Origin: Leucoraja ocellata
Lineage: Eukaryota
DNA length: 64,000 bases
Direction: 5' to 3'
NCBI GenBank assembly: GCA_036785375.1
Contig: JAWMAR010000008.1
Location: forward strand, 3,162,001-3,226,000
The number at the start of each line of letters is the position of its first letter. Position 1 is the stretch's first letter. A program made the translations under genes and the position numbers. Positions 12,141 to 23,710 of this stretch are shown here, one piece after another. The notes under the pieces are model-generated. The model saw only the letters and a list, made by a program, of their open reading frames with translations, ran no database searches and had not been told where the DNA came from.

Positions 12141-13229
12141 GTCAGAGCATTGCACTTATTGGAAATATGAAATCAAAGAATTCTGGTAATGTTCAGTACA
12201 TCGGATAGCATCTGTAGAGAAAGAAAAACGGAGCTACCGCTGGTGGCAGATGACTAAAAGCAGAACTGACTGCTTTTAACAAATATTCACACACTGCTAC
12301 AGTTATCACCCCTCATCTCCTCCAGCCCTCCAATTCCTAGATATGTGCGCTGCTCCCATTCCGGCCTCGTGGCTCCCAACTTTGGAGCTCTGCTGCTGTA
12401 CTGCTGATGTGCCTCTCAGCTAAACCTCAATCCTATGGAACTTTCTCCCTCAAAGAGGAAGATATTTATCTCCTTAAAATCCTGCTTTTGACAAAGTTCT
12501 CCACCTGATGTTTTGAAACGAAGTACAGTGTCAATTCTGTTTGTCAATGTTCTGCTTTATAATATTGCATGTATTGTAGTCGCACTAGTTATACACTGCC
12601 TGGTCTATTACTACTTGTTCTTCATTGCTTGATAAGTGAGAGCTGTTACACTCCGTCCCAGATATCTTGTAATAGAATCTATCCTGGACTGTATGATGTG
12701 GGAATGGAGGCAAACCTTTACTTGTATTCTAAACATGGCTTGTAGGGCTGGTGAGTTGAAGCTTGGCATTTGTTGTGGTTTGGAGATAGTAGGTCGTTTG
12801 TTACTGTGTGGGTGGGAAGGTGAAGCCGAGAGGACCGTATTTTGGTTGTGAGAGGGTATGTGGACCAAGGCTGATGGGAGCTCGGGGATTGGGAATGATA
12901 TCCGTTCAGTGGGGAAGAGAATATCGGACCAGGCTGTTTTTTTGAAGTGGGGGAAGGCAGGAATTGAAAGGTTGCAGTGAGAGGGTTTGGAACAGTGCTG
13001 GGAGCCCTAACTACCGGGAGTTATCCCAGCGCAACACTAAGAAATAAACAAACACAGCAGGCCAGGCAGCATCTATGGAAAGGGAAGCAGGATTAACATT
13101 TTGGTTGAAGTTCTTTTGTGAGAAAAGGAAATTAGGTTTAAGTTGTAGTGGGAGGAATGGAGAGGAAGAGGCCATGTGTGAAAGGGTGTGGTCTGGTTTC
13201 AATGGGTTAAAGGGGGAAATTAGAGGATA

Positions 13230-13490
13230 TTTATTTATTTATTTCGAACAGAATAAAAGAATAAAAAGCAAGTGTGAAACAGCATACAAATAAACAAAAC
13301 AAGAATATTTATAAAGTGTCATAAACAATATCTATAAATAAATGAAATCATATGTGACCGAAAAGGAGCAGGAAGAAGCCAAAGCTTATTAATTCCCACC
13401 CCTTATTCAACTGCTTATAATTATCTTATACAAATTTAGTAGCTATATGTACACCATATGTACACCAGCAGCTATATATTTTGTTAATGG
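13230..13490 (-). mobile_element. Probable LINE 3' tail fragment ((TTTA)n tail; clade uncertain)
   Basis: tttatttatttatttcg followed by an A-rich 3'-UTR-like tract; short internal repeat agctatat...gtacacca. Confidence 0.35.
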
Positions 13491-13949
13491 TGAGACTGGG
13501 ATGTTCTGCAGCTGAGGCTATATTACGGAGAGAGGAAAAACTGAGCTAAAATCGCAGTGTCAGTTTAACTTCAGTGTAATAAATGTAGGCAGAGAGCTTG
13601 GTTGACTGCAATGTCTGCAGTATATTTAGCAACAGAAGCTATTAATAGAATTCTCACACTGAGGCCGCACCAAGCAGGTCCCACAGCCCTGCTGTTAGCA
13701 CCATATAACAGAAGTATAACCGCCCCTTAACTCCCCAATTAACCCATTTAACCAGACCTCACTTTGTCACTGATATTCTCTGTGTTCAATCTATCCTTCC
13801 CTATATGGTCTCTACAATATTTTGATATATTTTACAATTCTGATTGTCTTTGACCTGGGACATCTACACTGCTTCTCTTTCTGCCGATCCTGCCTGTTTC
13901 CAGCATTATCTGTTTTTTGAGGATTCCCAACATCTGCCGTTTTCTTTTT

Positions 13950-14259
13950 AGTTCAGTTTAGAGATACAATGCAGAAACAGGCCCTTCAGCCCACCGGGTC
14001 TGCACCAACCTGCAATCCCCGCACATTAACACTATCCTACACCTACTAGGGACAATTTTTACATTGGCCAAGCCAATTAACCTACAAACCTGTAGGGCTG
14101 TGGAGCATGGGAGGAAACCGAAGATCTCGGGGGGAAAACCCATGCAGGTCACGGGGTGAACACGCAAACTCCGTACAGACAACACCCGTAGTCGGGATCG
14201 AACCCGGGTCTGCATTCGTTGTAAGGCAACAACTACACCACTGCGTCACCGTGCCCGCA
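13950..14259 (-). mobile_element. tRNA-derived SINE (HE1/V-SINE-like), near full length
   Basis: Reverse complement starts ggcacggtgacgcagtgg (A box), contains ggttcgatcccg (B box) and ends tgtatctctaaact. Confidence 0.9.
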
Positions 14260-15351
14260 CAGTTGTTTGTCTACAGTGGAGTGAGCCCCTGCTGAGAGAG
14301 CCCAGTGACAGTGCCAGTCATTACAAGTTACTGTGGTCCCACTTCTCCAATGCTGTGAAAGGGGCAAGGCATAGAAAGTGACGTCACCCTGTGTATCCCC
14401 CGTGCAAGGGTGTGTGACTCTCTGGAATTGCCCAATCGCATTACCAGGATGGTGCAAAATGACTCCCAAGTCATATGAAATGGTTATCATCATGTTTCAG
14501 TCTGGAGAAGCTTGACTTATTTCCGTTACACAATGCTGACGCAGACAGTTATGCAGTTTAATTTCTAATCGCTGACCAGTCTCATTACTGGTTTTTCCCT
14601 AAGTGACAGAAACTTGGACTAGTGTTGAATCTGTCAGACTTCTCAAAGCTGAGGGTTAATTGTCAACTGAACTCAACAACTGTAGTTGTACATGCAGCAA
14701 AATGTTTTCTGAAGAAAAATAGGATGCCTGACAGAAATGTGGCTGGAGCAACATCACACACAAATGATTTTTAAGGTGTAACTTTAATAAACGTAGGCAG
14801 AGAGCTCAATTGATATATACCTGCTGCTTATGTAAAAATGTTAATTGAATCTCTGAAGAGATTCAAGGATAGAAAGCTCAGGAATTGTAGATTCTTGTTC
14901 ATTCCTTCTCTCCAGAGATGCTGCCTGTCCTGCTGAGTTACTCCAGCATTTTGTCAATCTTATATTTAATTGGGCTATTGATTGTTTACTTAAATAGAGT
15001 GAGCAAAGGATTTGACAACTGCACATGATCCTGATATAGGCAAAGTAGAGATATAAATGAGCATTGTTTTCAATAGATAGAGGTCAACAGATAGTCAAGA
15101 GAGAGAAGCTAATTGACTGCAATATGTATTTATAACCTACCCGGAATGTGAATGGAGTCTATTCCATGCACTGTTGCACCTTCCACCATGACTTTCATGG
15201 TGTCATAACCATGCTTTTTTTTTTTAATTACAAAACTACAAATTACAAATTGTGGAAACCTGAAAAACAAACAGAAAATACTGGAAAAACAGCAGATCGG
15301 GCCGCACCCTGAAAGAAAATACTCAATGATTTGGGTCTGTGACCCCTTCAT

Positions 15352-16637
15352 CATAGAAACATAGAAATTAGGTGCAGGCGTAGGCCATTCGGCCCTTCGA
15401 GCCTGCACCGCCATTCAATATGATCATGGCTGATCATCCAACTCAGTATCCCGTACCTGCCTTCTCTCCATACCCCCTGATCCCCTTAGCCACAAGGGCC
15501 ACATCTAACTCCCTCTTAAATATAGCCAATGAACTGGCCTCAACTACCCTCTGTGGCAGAGAGTTCCAGAGATTCACCACTCTCTGCGTGAAAAAAGTTC
15601 TTCTCATCTCGGTTTTAAAGGATTTCCCCCTTATCCTTAAGCTGTGACCCCTTGTCCTGGACTTCCCTAACATCGGGAACAATCTTCCTGCATCTAGCCT
15701 GTCCGACCCCTTAAGAATTTTGTAAGTTTCTATAAGATCCCCTCTCAATCTTCTAAATTCTAGAGAGTATAAACCAAGTCTATCCAGTCTTTCTTCATAA
15801 GACAGTCCTGACATCCCAGGAATCAGTCTGGTGAACCGTCTCTGCACTCCCTCTATGGCAATAATGTCCTTCCTCAGATTTGGAGACCAAAACTGTACGC
15901 AATACTCCAGGTGTGGTCTCACCAAGACCCTGTACAACTGCAGTAGAACCTCCCTGCTCCTATACTCAAATCCTTTTGCAATGAAAGCTAACATACCATT
16001 CGCTTTCTTTACTGCCTGCTGCACCTGCATGCCTACCTTCAATGACTGGTGTACCATGACACCCAGGTCTCGCTGCATCTCCCCCTTTCCCAATCGGCCA
16101 CCATTTAGATAATAGTCTGCTTTCCCGTTTTTGCCACCAAAATGGATAACCTCACATTTATCCACATTATACTGCATCTGCCAAACATTTGCCCACTCAC
16201 CCAGCCTATCCAAGTCACCTTGCAGTCTCCTAGCATCCTCCTCATAGCTAACACTGCCCCCCAGCTTAGTGTCATCCGCAAACTTGGAGATATTGCCTTC
16301 AATTCCCTCATCCAGATCATTAATATATATTGTAAATAGCTGGGGTCCCAGTACTGAGCCTTGGGGTACCCCACTAGTCACTGCCTGCCATTGTGAAAAG
16401 GACCCGTTTACTCCTACTCTTTGCTTCCTGTTTGCCAGCCAGTTCTCTATCCACATCAATACTGAACCCCCAATGCCTTGTGCTTTAAGTTTGTATACTA
16501 ATCTCTTATGTGGGACCTTGTCGAAAGCCTTCTGGAAGTCCAGATACACCACATCCACTGGTTCTCCCCTATCCACGCTACTAGTTGCATCCTCGAAAAA
16601 TTCTATAAGATTCGTCAGACATGATTTACCTTTCGTA
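15352..16637 (-). mobile_element. Young 5'-truncated CR1 LINE with an uninterrupted RT and C-terminal frame
   Basis: ORF 15443-16678 has KGKSCLTNL, YLDFQKAFDKVPH, GVPQGSVLGP, KFADDTKL and RPHLEYCVQFWSP with no stops. (TTTCTATG)n-type tail at 15352-15367. Confidence 0.97.
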
Positions 16638-16929
16638 ATACTCGTCATACTCGCAGGCGGTTGCCTGATGGTGGCCAACGTTGGGTTATCGAGCTAAACA
16701 ATACAAATGTTGCTTTTTTGGTTTGGTCGCTGCCCGTTAACTAAACAGCAGGATTCAGCAAAGGGCAGATAGTTTGTCTCCGAATTCGAGCAGGCTAACT
16801 GTGGAAGTTTGATCACATGAGTGCCTGCTGCTGCTTCATCATCATCCCAACCTCATCCAGTAAAATCTCTTGGTCCCAGCACACATCCTCCTTCCCTATT
16901 CCAGCCAGAGTTGCTGGTCACAGTGGAAA

Positions 16930-17350
16930 CTTTCAGTTTAGTTTATTGTCACATGTACAGAGGTACAGTGAAAAGCTTTTGTTGCTTGCTAGCCAGTTGA
17001 CAGAAAGACAATACATGATTACAATCGAGCCATTCATACTGTACAGATGCATGATAAAGGGAATAATGCGAATCGAAGCGTCCAATGAGGTAGATAATTG
17101 TTCAGGACTGCTCCCTAGTTGTTGGTAGGATGGTACAGATACCTGATCACAGTTGGAAAGAATGTCCCTGAATCTAGAGGTGTGTGCTTTCACACTTCTA
17201 ACCGTTTTGCCCGATGGGAGAGGGGAGAAGAGGGAGTGGCCAGGGTGCAACTCGCCCATGATTATACTGGTGGCCATGCCGAGGTAGAGTGAGATGTAAA
17301 TGGGGTCAATGGAAGGGAGGTTGGTTTGTGTGATGATCTGGGCTGCTGGT
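16930..17350 (-). mobile_element. Rex1-type LINE 3' end
   Basis: Minus-strand peptide HPGHSLFSPLPSGK..RSVKAHTSRFRD and tail ...tgacaataaactaaactg. Confidence 0.8.
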
Positions 17351-18889
17351 GTGCTTTCTTGGCCATTGCTTCAATTCCCATTAACTAACTTAGCAAGCTA
17401 GAAAATGAGTAAAAAGTCCACTAGATCACATTGACCAGAGCCTCTGGCCTGGGAGGGCTGCAATGGCTGTGGTTTGTATTCACCTTCCCTACTGCTTTCA
17501 CTAAGTGGATCAAACCACATCAAATCCTTCCTTAAATGTGAATGGAATTGGAAAGACTGGCCATGTTCCAAAAGTGAAAGGAGGAAATGGGGACGGTTGC
17601 AGTCAAAAAAGAAACTGCACAGCTGCACTGTCATTGTGAATCTAGCTGACTATTTTGTTAACGTCTCAAAACAATTCTGCTTTGATATCTAACAGGAATT
17701 TTCCAGAAGGGTAAAAATGAGTTGGTGCTTCCGATGGCTGGTGGGTTTGTGGCTGGAATAGGGGTGTCATTCACGGGTACCCACGTGCATCCTGCTGTCA
17801 ATTTGCTGGTACAGGAAGTGGGCGAGCCTGCGTCTCGGTGCCATTGGTGAGGTCATTTTCAATGCCGATATATGTTTGGCAGCTAATTTTGGATATCAGC
17901 AGTGTTGATATCAGCAGCTTGCACGCGGGGTCTTGTCTAAAAACGATTACTGTAGCCATTTGACCAAGGATTTAGAGAAACTGGACTGAGCGACATCCGT
18001 CACGGACAGAGAATGTTTACCCGTAGCTACAGAGTCCGCCCCTCAAACTCTGGGATCAGGTGAGCAGTTGGGTTCCCAACTTTAACCCCACTTAACACTG
18101 GGTAGCAACGTTTGTGGTCTTTAGTGCAAGTTGATTGTGACTGTCGATGTGAATCTCCGTCTGAATACCTCACGACTAGGCTATCTTCTCTGTGGCCCTT
18201 CTCCTGGGCCTTTTCCCAGTCAGTCTGCTGTTGCTGTTTTGTTTAACATCATTCATACATGTTTGTGGTGGAATTTCAAATATGACCCACAAATTTCTGA
18301 AAGTATCATCAATAGTGGGCAAGCCAAGAGTGTGTTATAACTATCTTTACATAGAGTAAATTGGCCTGAAAAATCTTACTGCTTCTTTGAGCTTCATTAA
18401 GACAATAAAGGATACATACTTATAGTGGTGTAATTTTTCCACCTTCGATATTGTCAGACTTGTACCAATTTGCACTGCATCTACTGTTACACACTGACAC
18501 ATGCACATATACCGGACTCCAGTGGCATTCTCACCATTAAAGTGTCAGGGTAATTATTAGAGGGCAAAGGTTTCTTTTAAAGTGTTGAATCAAATGTAGA
18601 TGTCAATTTGAATGGACCTAACCATTTGAAATGTGGAGATGGGGGGGGATTGATGTTTTATTTAATGCTTATCCAGTCCTCCTTCCCCTACTATTACAGT
18701 CTTCGTCTATCTTTTCGCGCTAAATACATTTTAGTTGTGCATCTGGGTGATTAAAGTTTGATAAGAAGGAAAAGTAGCTGGTGCGCAAAACCTACCTCCT
18801 CGATCGTTGTGGATTAATACTGGTAATCAAAGACTCGCCTCTCCTCTCCTCATCTTGTGCTGCATCTAAGGCAAAGTTATACCCAAGTC

Positions 18890-19050
18890 ATTTAGTTTAG
18901 AGATACAGCGCAGAAACAGAATCGGTCCGCGCTGACCAGTGACCACCTCGTACACTAGCAACTATTATACACACCCGGGACAATTTTCAATTCTTGCCAA
19001 AGCCAATTAACATGTGCGTCTTTGAAGTGTGGGAGGAAACCGGAGCACCC
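18890..19050 (-). mobile_element. SINE 3' half (same family as 13950)
   Basis: tttagtttagagatacagcgcagaaacag...gggaggaaaccggagcaccc. Confidence 0.8.
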
Positions 19051-20264
19051 GCCTTCCCTTCCATTCTGCCCATCGTTCTTAACCCTATGCTGCTCTCTAA
19101 CCATTAAGTTCAGCTACATACACTTGCTACCCCCATCCCCAGACACTCCTACAAGATTCTTCTGATTCAAGTCTCTCGTGTTTGTATTCACACCCTTTGC
19201 TTCAGTATTAGTGGATGTGCTGACAGCTGCTTGGGTCTCATCTACCAGAAATCTTTTGCATAACACTTCTGTACTTGACAAAGCATTTTGGCACTACAAT
19301 TCCATTTGTATGTTTTCCTCATTCACTCCATGAAGCTTGAAATATTTTTCTCCGCTATAACAATGTAGTTTGTTTATTATTTTGTCATCTCTTTGGCCTT
19401 TAGTGACCTTTCGGCAGTGATCGTTCAGATTATCGATATACCTTCCAGATTAAGGCGAGGGATTACAGGTGAAGAGAATGTTTTGAAGTGGGCCTGTCCG
19501 GAGTCTATTCAATAACCTTGTTGTCACCCTGCCCCTTTCACAGGGATGGTTTGGCTCAATCTGTGTATGTGTGCACTTTAGTTCTGCCTCCTGCTTAGTA
19601 GAGACCCAGACTATTTACAGTTTATGGTTGGGCTAATTGGCCACAAAGTGGTGGTTCCGTTTTTTATCATGGCACAAAAATGAGCTCGGAAGATCCTCCT
19701 TCACATTTCATAAGAACATCGTCTTAGCTGGGCTTCATCTTTGGCATGACTGCTATTAGATCCCAAAATAATCACCAGTATCATTGAAGGATGGTGAATT
19801 GTGAGTGAAATTTTGTTTTTTGACAGATGCCCCTTTTTGAAAGCTGTGACAGACTAAAATGGCATCCATTTCTGTAAACCAAACCTGGTGTGACTTGTTC
19901 ACATTATTCCCATTTTTCAGTTTATAGCCAGCATGAATCAAGGTTTTGTGAATCATCTGATGTATATCCAGTTTATGTTTTTATTTGGACTTGATTGTTA
20001 TCTATTGTCTTGCTTCTTTCTCATTGAATATTCTTTCTGGTTTGTTCTTTTAATTCCCCTCAATTTGTTGTCTCATTAAATGGTGGAGTGCGCTTGAGGG
20101 TAGCTCCTTAGTCTCATCGCACAGCCTCGATGTCAGTTGTGCAGTGCCTAAAGGGCCTGTCCCACTTGGGCGTCATTTACGCGACATCATTTACGCGTCA
20201 CGACGCGTACATTTTTATCAGTGGTGTCTCCTTTTATAATGACATTTCAATACATTTATAATAA

Positions 20265-21235
20265 TACTAGACTAAGTGGGACTCGTTGGGTCCAAGCATC
20301 ACACGGGAGGGCTGGTCCCCCAACGCAATATTCCACGCAAGGCCACCAAATTCAAGTACAGTTTCATACCATTTCAAGCAGGGTGCAAGGCCACTAAAGA
20401 CAGCAAGTCATGACCGCTCCCTCCTCCATCTTTCAGATACTGAGCCACACTTCTGGGTTTTATAGTCCCTCCCCCCCTCCCACCTGAAGGGGCGTGGCCT
20501 TCAAAGTGTGATTGACAGGAGGGAGAACCTCAAAAAAATTTAAACGCTAATAAGTTATTTTTCATCGATGAGGAAAAATCCTCGGCATCTGATGAGCGGA
20601 GGGGGACTCTTACTCAAAGATGGCCAAAAATCACAGCCGTATGTGGTAGCCTTTTTCTAAAATCAATATACAGTGCAAACAGGAAGTGGTCAAGATTAGA
20701 CTTTTAAATATCTAGAAGGCAACACAGATTTAGCATTTCCAAACCAAAGTCAACACAGCTTTAGCATTTCCAAGCCAAAGGCAACACAGATTTAGCATTT
20801 CCAAACCAAAGGCAACACGCTTTAGCATATCCAAACTATATTTTCAAACCACATTAAGTGCACTGACGGGTCAGTAAAACCACTCAGTTTAGTAGACATG
20901 TGTTCAGTATTATTCACAGCTCAGAGACTGAGAAATGTGACCCTCTCACTCCCCCCACCTTACAGAGACTGACTGAGGCACTCAACACTTCCGGGTTCTA
21001 TATTCCCTCTGGAAGGGGCGTGGCCTTTAGGAGAGAGAATCTCAACATTTTCAAAATACTAATAACTTTTTATTTTTCATCGATTGGAAGAATCCTCTTG
21101 TCGTGTGCAGCGGAGGGGACTCTGAGTAAGATGGCCAAAAATCATAGGTGCAAGTGACAGCGTTTTTTGTTTTTTTTTAATCGATATACAGTTCAACAGG
21201 AAGTGGGCAAGATCAGACTTTTAGTAATATAAAGG
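20265..21235. mobile_element. Composite non-autonomous element (Helentron/Helitron-like ends, class uncertain) with two ~300-bp direct repeats around a minisatellite
   Basis: Starts tactagactaagtggg and ends cttttagtaatata. Direct repeats at ~20405-20710 and ~20935-21230. Flanked by ACATTTATAATAA at 20252-20264 and 21236-21248. Confidence 0.65.
20716..20837. repeat. 31-bp minisatellite x4
   Basis: aaggcaacacagatttagcatttccaaacca units head to tail, no spacers. Confidence 0.92.
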
Positions 21236-21264
21236 ACATTTATAATAAAATATAGGAGACAATG

Positions 21265-21400
21265 GGACAAGTATATGGATAGGAACGTTTTAGAGGGATA
21301 TGGGCTAAAAGCAGGCAGGTGGGATTAGTATAGATTAGACACCCTGGTTACTATTGGCAAGTTGGGTTGCAGGGCCTGTTTCTGCACTTTATGACTATAG
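21265..21400 (+). mobile_element. CR1 3'-end fragment
   Basis: ggacaagtatatggatagg...tttagagggatatggg...gggcctgtttctg. Confidence 0.7.
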
Positions 21401-22477
21401 AGAAATCCAAAGTATATTGTATCTCCTTTTGTCACTAACCTGGCAAATTATTTCCAGTTCATTGCTTAACCAATTTCCTTCTGAAAGATAATTTTGACTT
21501 GTGTTCTACCACCTTTGCGGGCAATGAGATTAGGATCATAAGCACTCTTTAAAAATAATAAATAAACAATGTCCCCCCCCCCCCCCCTTCCTCCATAGTG
21601 TCTTTTCCCAGTTCCTTTAAGTTTTTGTTCTTTGGTCCTTGTGCTATTTGCTCCTGGGAGCATTACACTTATCAAAACCCATAATGATCTTCCATCCCCC
21701 TCTATCAAATCTCCTCTCAGTTTTTAGTGTCTAGTATTTGCACAGCCTTTCCTGTCTAACTTTGTTTTTCAGTAAATTTCCAGTAAATTGTTTTTGTCCT
21801 TCCTAAATGGTGGTAGCCCGAATTGGGTGCAAGAAAAGTTTTAAATAAAAATTCAGTGCAATCTTTTTATGTAGCTCGATGTTCCTTGCACTTCACAAAC
21901 TTTGCTGCCTAGCTCAACAACTCCGTGTGTTTGCTAGTTGGCCAACGAGTGCCGCAGACTGCAAATGGAGGGCAGGGGGGAGTGGGCTGCAGTGACTTCA
22001 AAGATGCCAAATGGTCCAGAGGTCATGGGTCAGAGCTGTTTTATTATCTGTAGGGATCTGATTTACGAGGGATCTCTGTGAAATGAACTGAGGCTTTGTG
22101 CAACACTGCTTCCGTCGACTGGCTGTTCCCTGATTAATGAGTGGCTGGGAGAATGAACGCGAAGGCTTCTGGCTGCCCTTGGACCGCAGGGAATCAGATC
22201 AAAGCTTTGCAGCGGTCTGTGTCTGGCTGAATCGCTGCTAATCCCCAACCTTCTGACTTGCTCCCTGTGCGGGGTGTTTAACCAGGAGATGCAGTTACAG
22301 TGACTGCTGCAGTCAGAGGGAGGGGCGAGGATAGAGGCAGGAGCTGCATCAATGGGAGTTTGTCAGCAAGACACAGTGGGTGCCATCATTAATCCATCCC
22401 TGTGTCAAAAGGCACAAGTAGGAAGAGTTATATCTTGAATTCTGTTCGCAGTTGCATCAGTATTGAAATCTAAATTA

Positions 22478-22685
22478 GGCACAATACTGGTGTAACTCAG
22501 CGGGGCAGGCAGCATCTGTGGAGAAGGAATGGGTGACATTGCACTCTTCAGGGTCTGAAGAAGGGACTCTATTGGAAACGTCACCCATTCCTTCTCTCTG
22601 GAGATGCTGCCTGTCCCACTGAGTTACTCCAGCATTTTGTCTATCTTTGGTGTAAACCAGCAACTGCAATTTCCTTCTTACACTT
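22478..22685. mobile_element. Short palindromic element (Penelope terminal-repeat type) with a hammerhead-like core; representative of ~12 copies
   Basis: Arms ctggtgtaactcagcggggcaggcagcatct..ggagaaggaatgggtgac and gtcacccattccttctctctggagatgctgcctgtcccactgagttactccag are reverse complements. Related pieces near 13050, 14900, 15270, 23780, 29900, 32850, 45630, 46820, 48770, 53770, 54525, 55905 and 57870. Confidence 0.75.
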
Positions 22686-23195
22686 AATCTAAATGATTTA
22701 GTAGAATGGACCAATGGGACTTTAATAATTTCCATCATCCTATGTGGAGTTTATATTGGATTCCCTCCATTACCCTCTGTCATTGGCTCCCAGGCATATG
22801 GCTCTCCCTCCCTCAGCAAGAGCTGAGCATTCTCTCCTTTAGGTTGCACCCTTCTTTGGTTTCCTGCCTTGAGCTGCAGAGTACATCTTTGACGGTGAAG
22901 CCTTCTGACCAACACTACCCACTACTGCTGGAGGCAGTCTTTGACCTCTTCACCGGAGCAGTGCCTGAGGTTGCTCGGTCTGTTTACCACACATTTGATT
23001 CTTGCATGCATCCTGTTTAACTGAGCTGCGGTTTAGTGTGTTTTAGGGAGGTGTTTGCCCCAGATCAGGCCTCTGGCTTGAGCTGGCTGATAGGAGTGTG
23101 TGTGAGTGGTAATTAGGGTTGGAATCGAGGAGAATACGAGCAGGGATCGGCCCACCTCTGCTCTTTGCTAACACCCCTGTTCTCTGCTTCTGCAG

Positions 23196-23334
23196 GTGTT
23201 GTGAGTGTAACATTTCGCTCACCCATTGGTATTACGAGAAGGAGGGCCGGCTCTACTGCAAGAAGGACTACTGGGCTCGCTTTGGGGAACTGTGCCATGG
23301 CTGCTGCGAGCAGATCACCAAAGGGCTGATCATG
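23196..23334 (+). CDS. LIMK1: LIMK1 exon 3 ([46 protein letters not shown])
   Basis: ctgcag| acceptor, ATG|GTAAGG donor, 139 nt, LIM Cys/His pattern. Confidence 0.97.
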
Positions 23335-23449
23335 GTAAGGGCCAAGTACCACGTGGGAGCTGGGCAGAAAAAATGTCAGCCACAGAGGGCAACAGCTTGG
23401 AAACTAACTCTGGCTCACTGAGTCTGTGCAGACCACCCGTTTCCAATAA

Positions 23450-23710
23450 TACTACGTTAATCCCATCTTTAATTCTCCCCACATTCTCACAGCTCCCTCC
23501 ACATTCTACCTCTCACCTAGGCACAAGGGGCAATTTACAGTGGACAGTTAACTTGCTAACCTGCAGGTCTTTGGGAAGCGGTAGGAAACCAGAGAACATG
23601 GATGAAGCCTCATGGTCACAATGGGGGAAAATGTAAACTGTACAGATTATGCCAGAAGACAGGATTGAGCCCAGGTGTCTCTTGGTGTGAGGCAGTGGCG
23701 CTGCTGCACT
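23450..23710 (-). mobile_element. Degenerate SINE
   Basis: ggggcaatttacag...gtctttgggaagcggtaggaaaccagag...ggattgagcccagg matches the SINE family. Confidence 0.6.

Noticed and set aside
13950-14259. tRNA-like A/B boxes here and in other SINE heads
   Set aside because: They continue into the shared SINE body and tail and do not form a cloverleaf; not tRNA genes.
20716-20837. CRISPR-like 31-bp repeats
   Set aside because: No spacers, degenerate units, vertebrate context, and located inside a mobile element.
21573-21587. Poly-C tracts (also near 41030 and 47961) as G-quadruplex elements
   Set aside because: Simple homopolymers with no supporting context; lengths are also error-prone in assemblies.
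21900-22430. Possible alternative first exon (LIMK2b-like) in intron 2, e.g. ATG at ~22352
   Set aside because: No ATG with a phase-2 donor compatible with exon 3 was found; a regulatory role cannot be judged from sequence alone.
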